Assembly: GCA_004022145.1 (NCBI GenBank)
Contig: RCNU01000009.1
DNA: 64,000 nt
Direction: 5' to 3' (one strand)
Origin: Paecilomyces variotii
Lineage: Eukaryota
Part shown: positions 48,729 to 60,786 of the stretch, one piece after another
How the letters are laid out: every line of letters starts with the position of its first letter
How positions within the stretch are numbered: the stretch's first letter is position 1
Program-made: the position numbers and the translations under genes
The notes under the pieces: generated by a model
Databases searched by the model: none
Seen by the model: only the letters and a program-made list of their open reading frames with translations
Told to the model about the DNA's origin: nothing

Positions 48729-51581
48729 TGTTTTGGTGATCGGCCAGTGTTATCGCCAATGCTGTTCCTTCCCCTTCTCCGCTTACTCTGCTGGAGTAAG
48801 CAAGGCGAGGCGTTTTATCTTTAACCAGTGTACACTCGGGCAGAAAGACCGATTCTATACACTCAGCTGACGATAGTAATAACCCCAATTGCCCGGATTG
48901 TATTCCAATGGTTGAGAAAAGGATGACGTCGGCGTCCGTATTTCGCGAGGTTCGACGCTCTAGAAGAGTCCGTGAGAGTGTCGTCGGAAGCGAGCGACAA
49001 ATCAGATCAGGAGACGCGGTTCTCAAGTCGAGTAAGAGATCGTGTGTCATTCACATCTGCGATATCGTCACGATTCGTGTTCTGTCGCAGGATCATGAAT
49101 GGCATTGGGCGGTTGACGTCTTCGACTGGAATGGCGTTATCCGGTCACCGCTAAATCTAATTGAACCGATGTTGCGGCCAGCGAACGATCAATGGTTATT
49201 ATTATTGTTGTTGTTGTCTGTCGAGTGAAGCTTGTGGAGCTGTGAAGAGATAAAAAGTCACAGTTTAATTAATTAAAGAACTCGAGACAGAAGACAGTGT
49301 CAGTTGCGATCATGTGAGGTCACGCTGTGCACTTTGAGGACCGCCGGAAACGTTGATCAAACGAAGATCGCCTGTCTACTACAAATCCAAAAGCGCGAGG
49401 AGGGACAATCGCCGCCCTTATCACATCATTCCTTTTTTTCTAGCTCATCTATCCAAGACCCTGGTTACGTGGATATCGGGCGTCAGGAGAGCGATTCCTG
49501 TTTCTCCCGCCTAGTCTAATTAGCATGGTGAACCCTTTTCCCCGCCATCCTTCGTTCTACAGAGCACCGTGTGCGACAACTCGTGGTTCCCATCGAATCG
49601 CTGTGCTCCGAGGCCCATGCATTCCTACCTGGTGCCGCTCTCGCTCGGTTTTGGGCGCTACGGAGGACAAAACCGAACAACTGAGCGTCCACATGGTGGG
49701 TGGCATGTCAGAAACCTGCGCCGATAAACGCTGATTGACGATGCATAGACCACGGTCCAGGTCTTGCCAAGACAGAGACCTGGACGGGAATAGCAATAGC
49801 CTCAGCATATCAGCACGCCCTAAGCTGCCCCAGGTCGGGGACTCGAACGCCTCCCAGTTCTGCACGGCGCTCTCATCTCCGCACGCAGCCTCCCAGCTTA
49901 TTGGAAGGCATTCGTCCACATGGTCAAGGCGTGCTAAGGGAGGCAGCCATCTGATGGCGAAAAGAGAACAACTGAGACAGGCACGATAAGAGAGTGTGTC
50001 TTCGGCCGACGCGAAGCAAGAAAGAAAAATTCTGAAAAATCTGAAGCTGATTTCAGATCCGTGGATTGTCCCGTCACAGATTCAGGGACAATGTAACGGG
50101 AGTCGTAATAAGCCCAACTTGGATGTCGATCTTTCGATATTATTACTTTGACCGGGTGCCTGAGTCGGTGATTGGAACCGATTTCGCGAGTGAGTGGGTT
50201 CTTCCTCATCTCCGAGCGACTAGCAAGTGTATGCAGTGGGCCGCTGTATGAGGTCCGTCAAAGGAGAGATACGCTAAAGATCTTTTCAAGTCTTAAATTA
50301 AATCCTGGTTATCGGGAGCCATGAGGTCACCGACAGCGATAACTATCTGGTGTAACTAGATTATCTTGTCTTTTTCTTCGAAGCTTGATCTCCTGCCGTC
50401 CTGATGCCGAGACTGAACCACGGGAGACATCGTCTAGGTCAGTAGTATCCTTTCAGTCGGGAGCACTCCCGTTGCATGAAACCCGCCAGACTATCAACTC
50501 TGTTATATCAGAAACGAGGATGTGTACTGTATCCACAGCTCATAGCTGGGAAAAGAGCAGACCCGAAGCTGAAGTCAAAAATATTTTCTCTGGATCTCAT
50601 TCCTCTTTTGCCAGGAAGGTAACCGTGAAGTACAACTTGCATCTGGGGCCCTGATCTGTGTAACTACGTTATTGAACATGGGTAGCCATTTCTCCAATGA
50701 GCCAGTTTTATGCCAACCTGGTGGCCATTGGAGTGACACTCAATAGACAATAACTAATGCATCACCTGTTGATAATAACATCATCCAGGCCATCCAAGCA
50801 AGCTAATCCCGTCGTTCATGGCCCTTGTCAATTGCGCTCGCAGAATTCCCCCTTCATGAGGCCCTTAGTTACAGACGCAACGGATAGAAGAGCAAACAAG
50901 TCTTCGACTACTATCTACCTCAATAATATTTAGTTCTCACCATATCTAGACCAGCAACTCCATTCTACCGACCCCGATCTCCTCTTCTTCCAGTCACTGT
51001 CTTTCTGCCGACCATCGGGCCGATTCGGAGGATATTCGGCAAAGATACCATAGATAGATACACTGGACCAGCGGAAAGGGTAAGGCGTGATTCCCTTCTA
51101 CCTTTTTCGTCGTCGATCATGATGAACATGCCCCGTGCTTTGGTGACAGGTTCCAGATTGAATGATCGCTGTGACGATCACGGAGTAAGTGAACACCAGA
51201 CGCGTAATGTCCGATAGATAGATCGATGTAAGGTCGGATGTGGACGGATTTGGACATTATTAATGTTGTGAAAGGGGACATAACATGGTGGATGGATTCG
51301 ATGGTTTAGTGGATGATCACTGGATGATTTTGGGGGATCTGGACTAGATACAGTTAACTGGTTAAGTTAGTTACTGTAACTTATGGTCCTCTGGGTTTCT
51401 TAACTAAGCATTGTGAATATTCTAGCGCTGATGCCAATTTTCAAAAAAAAAAAGAGGTCAAATTGTTAAACATATTCATTCATACTGTAGCTTTTTGTTT
51501 CAATATGTACACCTTCCACATGCAATGCATAGAATTCACTCGAAACACTCATACAACCCACCATGTGCAAAAAAGAGAAAT

Positions 51582-53423
51582 TTAAAACACCTCATTCTTC
51601 GTAAACTCCGCCCAATCCTTCTGGTACTGAATACTCTTGATACCCTCTGGATACCGGTTCAAAAGTTCCTTGGCATTATCCCAAGCTTTCAATACCATCT
51701 TCGATTTCGCTGGATCCCGTTCTACCATCTTATACTGGAAGGGGACAGGACGGCAGACAATTCCTTGTGTGACTGCCTCGGTGGACACCGGGATGGGCTT
51801 GCCGTTCTCGTCCAACGCGTGCTCGAAGCTGAAGGCCCAGAGCATGTAGGCGATTCCGAGGAACAGGGAGCGTTCAGCGATGTTCAGACCAGGGCAGACA
51901 CGACGACCGGCTCCGAACTGGATTATGGTCAGTATTTCATATTCGCGATAGGTCGGTCAACTTTCCGAGTCTCTGCTATTTATCTGATTACTCACCGTGA
52001 AATGGTCGCGCTTATAAGGATCGGAGAGCGTAGCGCTTTCTTGAGCACGGAGGAAGTCATTCTTGTAGCGGTCCGGGTCAAAGTTACGAGGGTTCGGATA
52101 TCTCACTGGGTCATTGTTCAAAGCCCAAACATTGACCATGACGCCAGTCTTAGCGGGGAGTTTGTATCCGTTGTATTCGTCGTCGTTAGTCGTAGCATGC
52201 GGGACGATTCCGAGGATACTCGAAGGCAGGAAACGGAGAGATTCCTTAACGACACCGCGAATGTACTGGAGGTCTGATTCGTCTGCCATCGTAGGGAGAC
52301 GGTTAGGGCCAATCACTCGGTCAATCTCCGCTTGGGCTATGTGGATTGTAAGCGATTTGAACAGCTGCAAGCAAGAAGAGGGGGGTTGGATCATACCTTT
52401 CTTCTGCACTTCGGGGAAATTGATCATTGCGACAGCGAACGAGAGGAAGATAGACGCCGTGGTATCTGAGCCGGCTTCAAGCAGAGTTCCACTGACATAG
52501 CTTGCCCAGTCGTCCGTAAAGCCATCCTTCTCCTGTCTCTTAAACATGTCCTCACAGAAAGCTCCAGTGATAATGCCCTTTTCCATTCTCTCTTTAACTT
52601 TCAGCATGTATGATTTATACAAAGCGATTTCCTCCTTGTGTAGCTCCTTTCCCCGTTTCTTGCTCGGGTTGATAAAATCGGGGAGGAGACGAAGAATGGG
52701 GAAGTAGTCCAGCATCGACGCAGACACCTGAGAAGCGACGGCGAATTGTTCGAAACCCTGAAAACAATTCAGTTAGAAACGAGTCTAAATTCAATGCCAT
52801 GTTTCGCAAATATCTACCTCGTATATCTGCTTGACCTCGGGGTCGTTGAAGGCCAAACTCCGCCATCCGAAAGCGATGCTGGTGACTAGACTTGTGCTAT
52901 ATCTCCGGACGTGGTCGTGGTACTTGTTGGGTCTCTTTACCATATCCGCTAACATCTGTCTCAATTCCAGCTCCTGGAACGGGATGTAGTTGACGGCAGT
53001 TTTGATATTGAGCAGATTATGGATCATCTTGCGCGCTTTCCGCCAGCCCTCATCATACTGCATCAGGACCAGACGATAGCCGCCGGAAATTAGCGTCTGG
53101 CCAACATACATCTCGGGACGGGACGAGTAGTTGTTGGAGCGCAAGTCAATCAGATCTTTCACGATTTTAGGGGAGTTAATGACCACCATGCGTTGGTTTC
53201 CCAGCATGACTGAATACATGTCGCCATATTCTTCCGCCCATTTCTTGAATTGGACGTGCACATCTTTATCGGGCATTTGGTGCAGGTTTCCAAGGATCGG
53301 TACCGTGGGAGGACCAGGAGGCATGCCCTTCGGCCTGCTGCCGACTTGCAACAGCTTGTAAAGACAAAACAGCAGTGCCGCCGCGGCGACCGCGACTGAC
53401 GGCGAGATTGGAAGCTCACTCAT
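51582..53423 (-). CDS. Cytochrome P450 monooxygenase, 4 exons
   Basis: N-terminal TM anchor, PPGPPTVPILGNL, AGSDTT (I-helix), KESLR (ExxR), FDPDRY and spliced heme motif FGAGRRVCPG. Confidence 0.95.
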
Positions 53424-55280
53424 CTTGAAGTGGTCAAGCTTCGAGTAAGTGTAGCCGGGAAAATCGAGAGACAGTTAGTATGAGAACATCCTCGAGGTAG
53501 AGACGGGGACGCAGATATATTAAGCATCTCAGCCTTATGCGATAACGCTTCGACCCCAAGCTACAAATCGTCTTGACAACTGTGAATACTGACATTATTA
53601 ATTAGGAAGGTAGTTATCTTGCGTTTTGGGCCTTCTCAAGGGTGGGGGAGTACCGTATGATCTCCATGGTTAAAATAGGATTTAAGCTGCTTACTTAGGG
53701 TGGGGTGTCAATTTTGCTAGAGTTAAGTATGTATATTGACTGAACATTAAAATAGTCGAGTCTTGTAAATAGCCATTGTCTCAATAAACTGGCTCGAATA
53801 CCTTCATGATGAATATCTCCTTGATGAGTAGCTATTGGGGATAGTCCACTGCTTCCGTGCATTGAGTATCGAAAAGTGTGGTACCTACGAAAGCAGATTC
53901 AATCACACAACAACTCATCGTCCATGAAGTCGACAGAGTCGGGATCTGCAAGAGTGGGATAGAGCGGCTCTCTGGACATAAGCGTCCGGCTAAGAATGTA
54001 ACTAACGCGCTAAGCTGGGGAGAGCTGGGGAATTCCCGACGCCTTCAGCCGATAAGAAGAAGGATGATAACTTATCAATTCTCTCGATACTCAACCATAA
54101 GTACGTAGCACCGCCATTGCTGGAGTTGATTGGCTGCGCTTCGCTTCTTTGACAATCGATACAGTGCGTTGAATTGAATATGTTAATATGTAATGACAGG
54201 AATTGTGTGGATCCAGCAATTCTTTAGATACATAGCCCGGTCGTCCCGGCTCAGCTCACTTTCTCGAGTCTCTGGCCTGTTGATGCGCCGAGTCTATCTT
54301 TTGTGTGTTATCTAAGGGAGGCTTCCAGCTCTCTAATCTGCTCAAAGAAAAGTGCTGCTCGTCATCTCAGCCTCTTCATATATCTCCTCCGGAAGCACAG
54401 CGACAAGACCTTCGCGTTTCGCCTCAGTAGGGACGCTTGTCCGAGCGTTCTTGAGCGGGATAGAAACTGCTCTATCTAAGGCCTGCAAAGATCCATAGCA
54501 TTTTTTGTTGGTCTCGAATATATCAGTGATGAAAATCGAATCAATGGGATTTACAGATAATACCGATCATTCACATTGTCCGGGAGAGAGATACGACGAG
54601 GTCTTCTACACCATCGCCGTTGATATCACAAGGAAGGACGGTGATTCCCGGGGTCTCGTCGATTTCGAACACGCCAAGCGACGTATCTCGACTGATTTAG
54701 ATGGCCTGTAGCGCTCAGTGACTACCATAGCATGTAACTGCAGCACCTTGCCGGTTGTGGCGTTTGCGCTCAGCCGGTTGAGTCTCTTCCTCTGAGGCGT
54801 CATCATTCAGCCAAGACGCGTTCTCAATGAATCAAGATCCATTTCCGCCATAGCTGCACCAGGAGACTCGTTAGTTAGACAAGAGACTTTAAAAGAGAGA
54901 AAGGGGAGTAGTAAGAGAAGGGGAGACAGCCTGCTGGAAATCCTCAAGGACCAGAACTCTACCGGTAATGTCTCCAGACCGACAGGAGCTTTATTTTCTT
55001 TTTGTTTTCATTTTATTTTTTGTTTTCACTATTAACAGATGGACTATTTGCAAATATCCATTTGTTAAACACTGCAAGGTTTCTGTTCTTATACCAATCT
55101 CGTCTTGCAGCTGTGCCACAAGGGACACGCGGCGGTCGTCATTAGCGGCAGTGTCCACGCAGCGCCTCAGGCCCCAGTGATTGTACAGTACTCTTCGTCT
55201 ACCCGCTGGCTCACCACTCTGTTTCTCTTCCTACAAAGGGTATCCTACTGTGCTACATATATGTATGTGACATCGCCATC

Positions 55281-56771
55281 ATGCTTGTTGGTCGCTGGAC
55301 CAAGCTGACGGCAATTTTACTTGCCGGGTGTGTGTTTTTGATCTTGTCGTCACTGTATCTTTACGCGCGCCCGGATAATAGAGTGCGGACCAGCGACAAC
55401 CTTGGCGCTTCTCCTGAAATACCTCACAGTGGTTTCTGGCAGGATTTCCTGCATCTGCTAGAAATCCATGCGCCAAAGTGTCCCTCTATTCAGCGATATG
55501 GGTCTGCAGGGGCCATCGGATTCAGTGCGGTCGAACCGCCACAGAGACCTGACCTCATAGCCGATCCTGACGGCTGCCGGCTGCCGATGCAACAAGCGCA
55601 TGATAGCTTTGTCGAGTCTATACAAGAGCCAAGGCAGTTGGTACCGATGCACGTTCCTGGAACTAGCGGTATCGTTTCTTCAGCGGGAGGAAGCCTACTC
55701 CCGGTGTTCGTTACCTCGTTGAGGATGCTCCGCCGGACTGGATCGACTCTTCCAGTCGAGCTCTTTGTCAAGGACTGGAGCGAATACGAAGCTGAGATCT
55801 GTGAAGATGTTCTTCCTTCCCTCAACGCTCGATGTATTGTTCTTTCTGACGTCCTAGACGACGGAAGAGGCGCCAAGGTCCCGATTGCCCATTACCAAAT
55901 CAAGATATTTGCCGTTCTCTCATCGTCCTTTGAGACAGTCATCTGGATGGACGCTGATTGTTTCCCCCTTCATGATCCGAAAGACCTACTGTACTCAGAG
56001 CCTTTTATGTCGAACGGTCTGGTCACATGGCCGGACTTTTGGGCGTCGACAGCGTCACCTCTGTATTTTGATATCTCTCGACAACAAGCACCTCCCATAG
56101 ATCTTCGCGCGTCGTCGGAGACAGGCGTGTTCTTAGTTTCCAAGCAGAGCCATCTCTCGAGTCTGCTTCTGGCTGCTTACTACAATTTCTACGGACCATC
56201 TCACTATTTCACGCTGCTCTCTCAAGGTGCTCCGGGAGAAGGCGACAAGGAGACATTTATCCACGCGGCGTCCGCTTTGGGACAAAGCTTCTATACTGTC
56301 AGCGAACCAGTTAGGCCAATAGGCCATCCAAAAGCTGATGGAAAGGTGTCTGGATCAGCCATGGTCCAGGCGGATCCTGTTGAAGATTTTAAGCTGACTA
56401 GCCAAGATAAATGGCGAGTGAAGGATCCTTCTGTCGCCAAGGCCCCACGTGTATTTTTCATCCATGCGCATTATCCCAAATTTAATCCGGGCGAGAACTT
56501 GTTCGGCGATAAGTGGGAGACAGCCCCGACGCTCGGTTCGAACGGGGAAGACAGCAGAGCTTGGACGGTCCCGAAAGAGACACTGACACGATTCGGACAT
56601 GACGCTGAAAAGGCTTACTGGGAGGAGATCAAATGGACTAGCTGCCAGCTGGAGAGAAAGTTTGGATCTTGGAAGAGGAAGTCGGGCATCTGCAATAGAG
56701 TCCGGGAATACTGGGAACATGTCTTTGAAACGCACAACGCAAATGATCCTATTTTTGTCGACAACTCATGA
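55281..56771 (+). CDS. Alpha-1,2-mannosyltransferase, Mnn2/Mnn5 family (GT71), intronless
   Basis: Type II membrane anchor; GIVSSAGG, LRMLRRTGSTLPVE, YQIKIFA, WMDAD (DxD), WPDFW, SETG, YYNFYGP, QGAPGEGDKETF. Confidence 0.93.
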   Translation: MLVGRWTKLTAILLAGCVFLILSSLYLYARPDNRVRTSDNLGASPEIPHSGFWQDFLHLLEIHAPKCPSIQRYGSAGAIGFSAVEPPQRPDLIADPDGCRLPMQQAHDSFVESIQEPRQLVPMHVPGTSGIVSSAGGSLLPVFVTSLRMLRRTGSTLPVELFVKDWSEYEAEICEDVLPSLNARCIVLSDVLDDGRGAKVPIAHYQIKIFAVLSSSFETVIWMDADCFPLHDPKDLLYSEPFMSNGLVTWPDFWASTASPLYFDISRQQAPPIDLRASSETGVFLVSKQSHLSSLLLAAYYNFYGPSHYFTLLSQGAPGEGDKETFIHAASALGQSFYTVSEPVRPIGHPKADGKVSGSAMVQADPVEDFKLTSQDKWRVKDPSVAKAPRVFFIHAHYPKFNPGENLFGDKWETAPTLGSNGEDSRAWTVPKETLTRFGHDAEKAYWEEIKWTSCQLERKFGSWKRKSGICNRVREYWEHVFETHNANDPIFVDNS

Positions 56772-58565
56772 ACGTGGATACATCGTTGGTATCAACAAGG
56801 AAATCCCACAAGGCTCTGGCATTGTCAGAAGTTGCAAGCAGCCTCTTTTGTCATGCTTTCCTCACTTGACTGTGATGCGATACGCAACTGCCTTGAGCTA
56901 TCGTTATGAGGTTTTTGCTCATTGCAGGAAGCCAGGAAGCCAAGCAACAGAAGGTCATTGGCATTTCGAGATTCTACACCATGGCAGTCTGCACATCTAC
57001 ATGGGTCGTTATGTAGGGTCATACATCGTGGTACGCATCGGTTTCGAGATCATAAACTCGTGTCCGAAGCAGCAAGAAGGTGTTTTCGCGACAGGAGTTG
57101 CCCAATGGCCAGAAATCACTTGGGAAAAGGTATCGAAGATCGGATACAGAAGCCATTGTTTCGGCGCCGAGGAAAGCTACAAAGCTACACTCCGAGGAAA
57201 CCTACGCAGATGGTCTTATCCCAGCATGGGAAGGGCTGTGTGCGATATCGATTGTGAGCACCGTCTCACAGTTGCGAGAAAGAAAGCGACTGATATCCTG
57301 TTAAGCGTGGAGAATGAAGGCTATGCCGTATGAGACGCGTTATAACAGCCACTGCCGCTAGCTTAGGATGTTGGCTTCGTGCAGGGGTTGCTGACGGAGA
57401 CAATAACAAGCAAAACAAGGACGGCCAGCAGCATTAGCTAACGCGAGTTGATTTTGTATATCATTACACCTCCCTTCGAGGTGGGTGGTGCTGGAGAACC
57501 ACCGAAGGTGTTTATTTGACAATTGTCGTTCGTCCCCTGATTAAGCGGCGATCAGAAGGGACAGACCCTAGATGAAATACTCCTGTCCTTACTCCCAGTC
57601 TTGTCTTAGAGCCCCTGTGAAGTCATTTGGTTTGACATGGCGCTTAGATGAAATGAAAGCTTGTGAAGGTTGCATTTTATTTTCAATTGCGACGTTGACG
57701 GGATTTAAGCCTGCATTGGGCGCCACTCAAGCGCACTGAGTTATTTCTGCTCAACTCGATCGTGGTGATAAGATATCAGATGGTGGCGTACATCGAGGCT
57801 GAAATTCCACACCGGCAAGGGGCCGGTCCGTAAATACCATGCCTTCTCTTTGCCCCTTCTGTATTTATCGACTGTCAGAAATACTGGCCCAGAAGCTTGT
57901 CTTTGATGAAACCTTCTGGTTGGTCGATCGCGCACGAGCTGCCAAGATCAATCATTTTCGCGATTGAACAAGTATGCAACGGCGCTAACTAGCTAGCTAC
58001 TAATAATACCAGCTCCCATGGATTATTTCCCAGCCAGCAGAAGCCCCAGGTCTGTCGCACTAAGTAGGCAGGGCATTTGATCTGGAGAAGCACGCTAAAA
58101 TAGCATGATGGCTCCGTGCCTTGATTTTTGGGCCCTTTTGCGCCTTCAGTAACCCTTCAAAGGAGGCCTGTTTCTCCTTTTCTTATCGAATTCTTTTCTT
58201 TTCTTTTCTTTGTTTCTCTCACGCCAGACAGTCCACGACTTCTGGGAGCAATTTATTTTCTGCTGGTGGCCGTGCTGCCATTGCCTTTCGTTCTATTCTC
58301 ATAGACCTTCGTTTTCTATTTCCCCCGCCCTAAGTACCCAACAAGGAAACTCTTCGTTTCCTCTCTGGGGTCCCTGGTTGGCACCCTGTCTTAAGCGCGA
58401 GCTCGAAAAAGCGCGACGCAACAACACATCTGTCTACTCGAGCAGCATATTACGCTCTCTGAATTCTCAGTCCGCCTCTCAGAGCTGCAGCATTACTGTT
58501 CTATCGCAACTGAGCGGAGATAACCGAGTGCGATAACAGTGCAGCTGCTCTCTTAGCTATCCATC

Positions 58566-60042
58566 ATGTTGGCCTCCCCGTATTCGTTGGCCATGGCCGG
58601 CTATTCTTTGCTGTTTATCTGCCTCCAGTCGCTGCATGTTATGGCTATTCCAACTCTTTCTGCGGTGGGCTCTAAGTTCTTTACTTCTGACGGAGACCAA
58701 TTCTTTATCAAGGGTTCGTATGCGATCAAAGTAGCCGTCATTGTTTCTATATATGCTAACGAATGGCCCAGGTGTCGCCTATCAATTGGTCCCCGAAGAT
58801 CCTCTGATCGACACCGAACAATGCAAGCTCGATGCTTCCTTGATGAAGGAGCTGGGCGCCAATACAATCCGTGTGTACCATGTGGACGCCGATGGAGACC
58901 ACAAGGGTTGTATGTCGGCCTTTGCAGATGCGGGAATCTATCTGTTCGTTGATCTCGACACCTTCGATACGCAGATAGAGCAGGTACGTTGTTTGTGCCC
59001 TACCCAATGAAAGACGTTGTTCTGATAACCGGAGTAGACATCGCCCCATTGGAACAATAACCAGTTCGAGTCCTTCAAGAAGGTCCTTGACGAGTTCCAG
59101 CAATACGACAACACTGCGGGTGTTTTCGTCGGTAACGAGGTTCTCACTACGGATCAGGGCTCCCCAGCAGCTCCTTACGTCCTGGCCGCAGCCCGTGACA
59201 TCAAGGCCTACCGCGACTCCAAGGGCTACCGAAAGATTCCAGTCGGGTACTCTGCCGCAGATATCGCTCAGCTGCGTCCCATGCTCCAGAATTACATGGC
59301 ATGCTCGAGCAATGCCTCTGAAAGACTGGACTTCTTCTCTCTCAATGCCTATGAATGGTGCGGCGATTCGTCATACTCTACGTCCGGCTACAGCGAGCTC
59401 CAGAAGAACGCAACAGACTACCCTATTCCGATCTTCTTTTCCGAGACAGGCTGTAACACGCCTGCTCCTCGTACTTTCCAGGATCAAGCCGCTATCTTCG
59501 GCCCTGAGATGTCGGGTACTTGGTCTGGCGCGATTATCTACGAGTGGATCGAGGAAGCGAACAACTACGGCCTCGTCAACTATGGTCCTTACAATCCAAA
59601 TGCCGGAACGAATTCTATCGTTCAGGACGGATACACGCGACAGGGTACTCCCACGCCCATATCGCCTGACTTCACCAACCTGAAGTCTCAATGGGCTACC
59701 CTCTCCCCGACGGGCGTTGCCCTATCGGAATACTCGGCCTCCGCAAATAAAGTGACATTCCCTCCTTGCCCAGCTTCGACATCCGGAGGATGGCAAGTCA
59801 ATCCTTCATCCCCCCTGCCCACTCTCGGCCAGACGCTGGGCAAGGAAGCTAGTCAGCCAACGAATACGGCTTCAGCCTCGGGCACTGGAGCCTCCGCCAC
59901 AAAGACTGATGCTAGTTCCACGTCGTCGGCCAAGAGCGGTGCTGCCATCCGTGCCACCGTTGCTGGACCGAATCCTGGCGATGGCCTGGGCAGCATTGCT
60001 GCGCTCTGTGGTCTTGTTGGTATTGTCAGCTTCTTATTGTAA
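58566..60042 (+). CDS. GPI-anchored beta-1,3-glucanosyltransferase (GH72, Gel/Gas family, no CBM43), 3 exons
   Basis: Signal peptide; spliced FFIKGVAYQL; GANTIRVY, FVGNEV, VGYSAAD, LNAYEWCG, FFSETGC, WSGAIIYEW; Ser/Thr-rich linker and hydrophobic GPI signal. Confidence 0.95.
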
Positions 60043-60359
60043 ATTGAGATTTTTCACATACTTCTCATCTATTTAAGCATGCGGGATATCAAAATTGACG
60101 TTATTCATACGGTGATAATGGTTCATGTTAATGTATGTACCAGGATAGAAGGTGTATAGAGAGAGAGGGGGGATATGAATATGAATATGAATATGAAATA
60201 TCACTGTATCTTCTTAACGGCAACCGCTTCAAGCGTAGTAAATCTACCCTTCTAGATACAGTATCACAAGGAGAAAGACACCTGTCTAAGACAGAAGATA
60301 AACATTTTCGGGGAGAGGAAAAGAGTACAGACAAGACTAGGATATACACACATCACCGA

Positions 60360-60624
60360 TAAAAAAAAAACAAACGCTCAAAAACCATCCCCCACACAGA
60401 CAAAAAAAGGGATCCAAGGAGCTTAACCGCCGACAAAAAAAAAAGAAAGAAAGAAAAAGAAAAGGGTACTCGTGAAACAAAAGTGGGGTTTAATATCATC
60501 AACAAATCGAGTGAGTGCTGAATAAGAGAGGAAAAAGGAAAGTCTTTTTTTCGTTAACGTGCCATTGCGGTCAGAATACACCGTTGGTTATACATACTTC
60601 GGAGGCGGGAGTAGAGTCTTTTTT

Positions 60625-60661
<37 letters not shown>

Positions 60662-60758
60662 GAAGGGAAGGAGAAGAAAAGTAACAAAGGAAATAAAAGT
60701 AGCGTCTCCAGTATGAAGGTTAGAATGTGTGAGATTATATGAAAAAAAAAAAAAAAAA
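60360..60758. repeat. Multiple poly(A) tracts (longest >25 nt at ~60633-60659) between convergent genes
   Basis: Read directly from the sequence. Confidence 0.85.
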
Positions 60759-60786
60759 GGTCAATTGGTCATGTGAATTCTGCCCA

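Noticed and set aside
48900..51400. Short ORFs between the CPAC-motif gene and the P450
   Set aside because: No motif or coding signal
51582..56771. P450 plus glycosyltransferase as a secondary-metabolite cluster
   Set aside because: No PKS, NRPS, terpene synthase, cluster TF or transporter nearby; Mnn2-family enzymes act in Golgi glycan synthesis
56599..57333. 244-aa ORF overlapping the Mnn2 3' end
   Set aside because: Out-of-frame overlap with a real gene and no recognisable domain; probably chance, although a relic cannot be excluded
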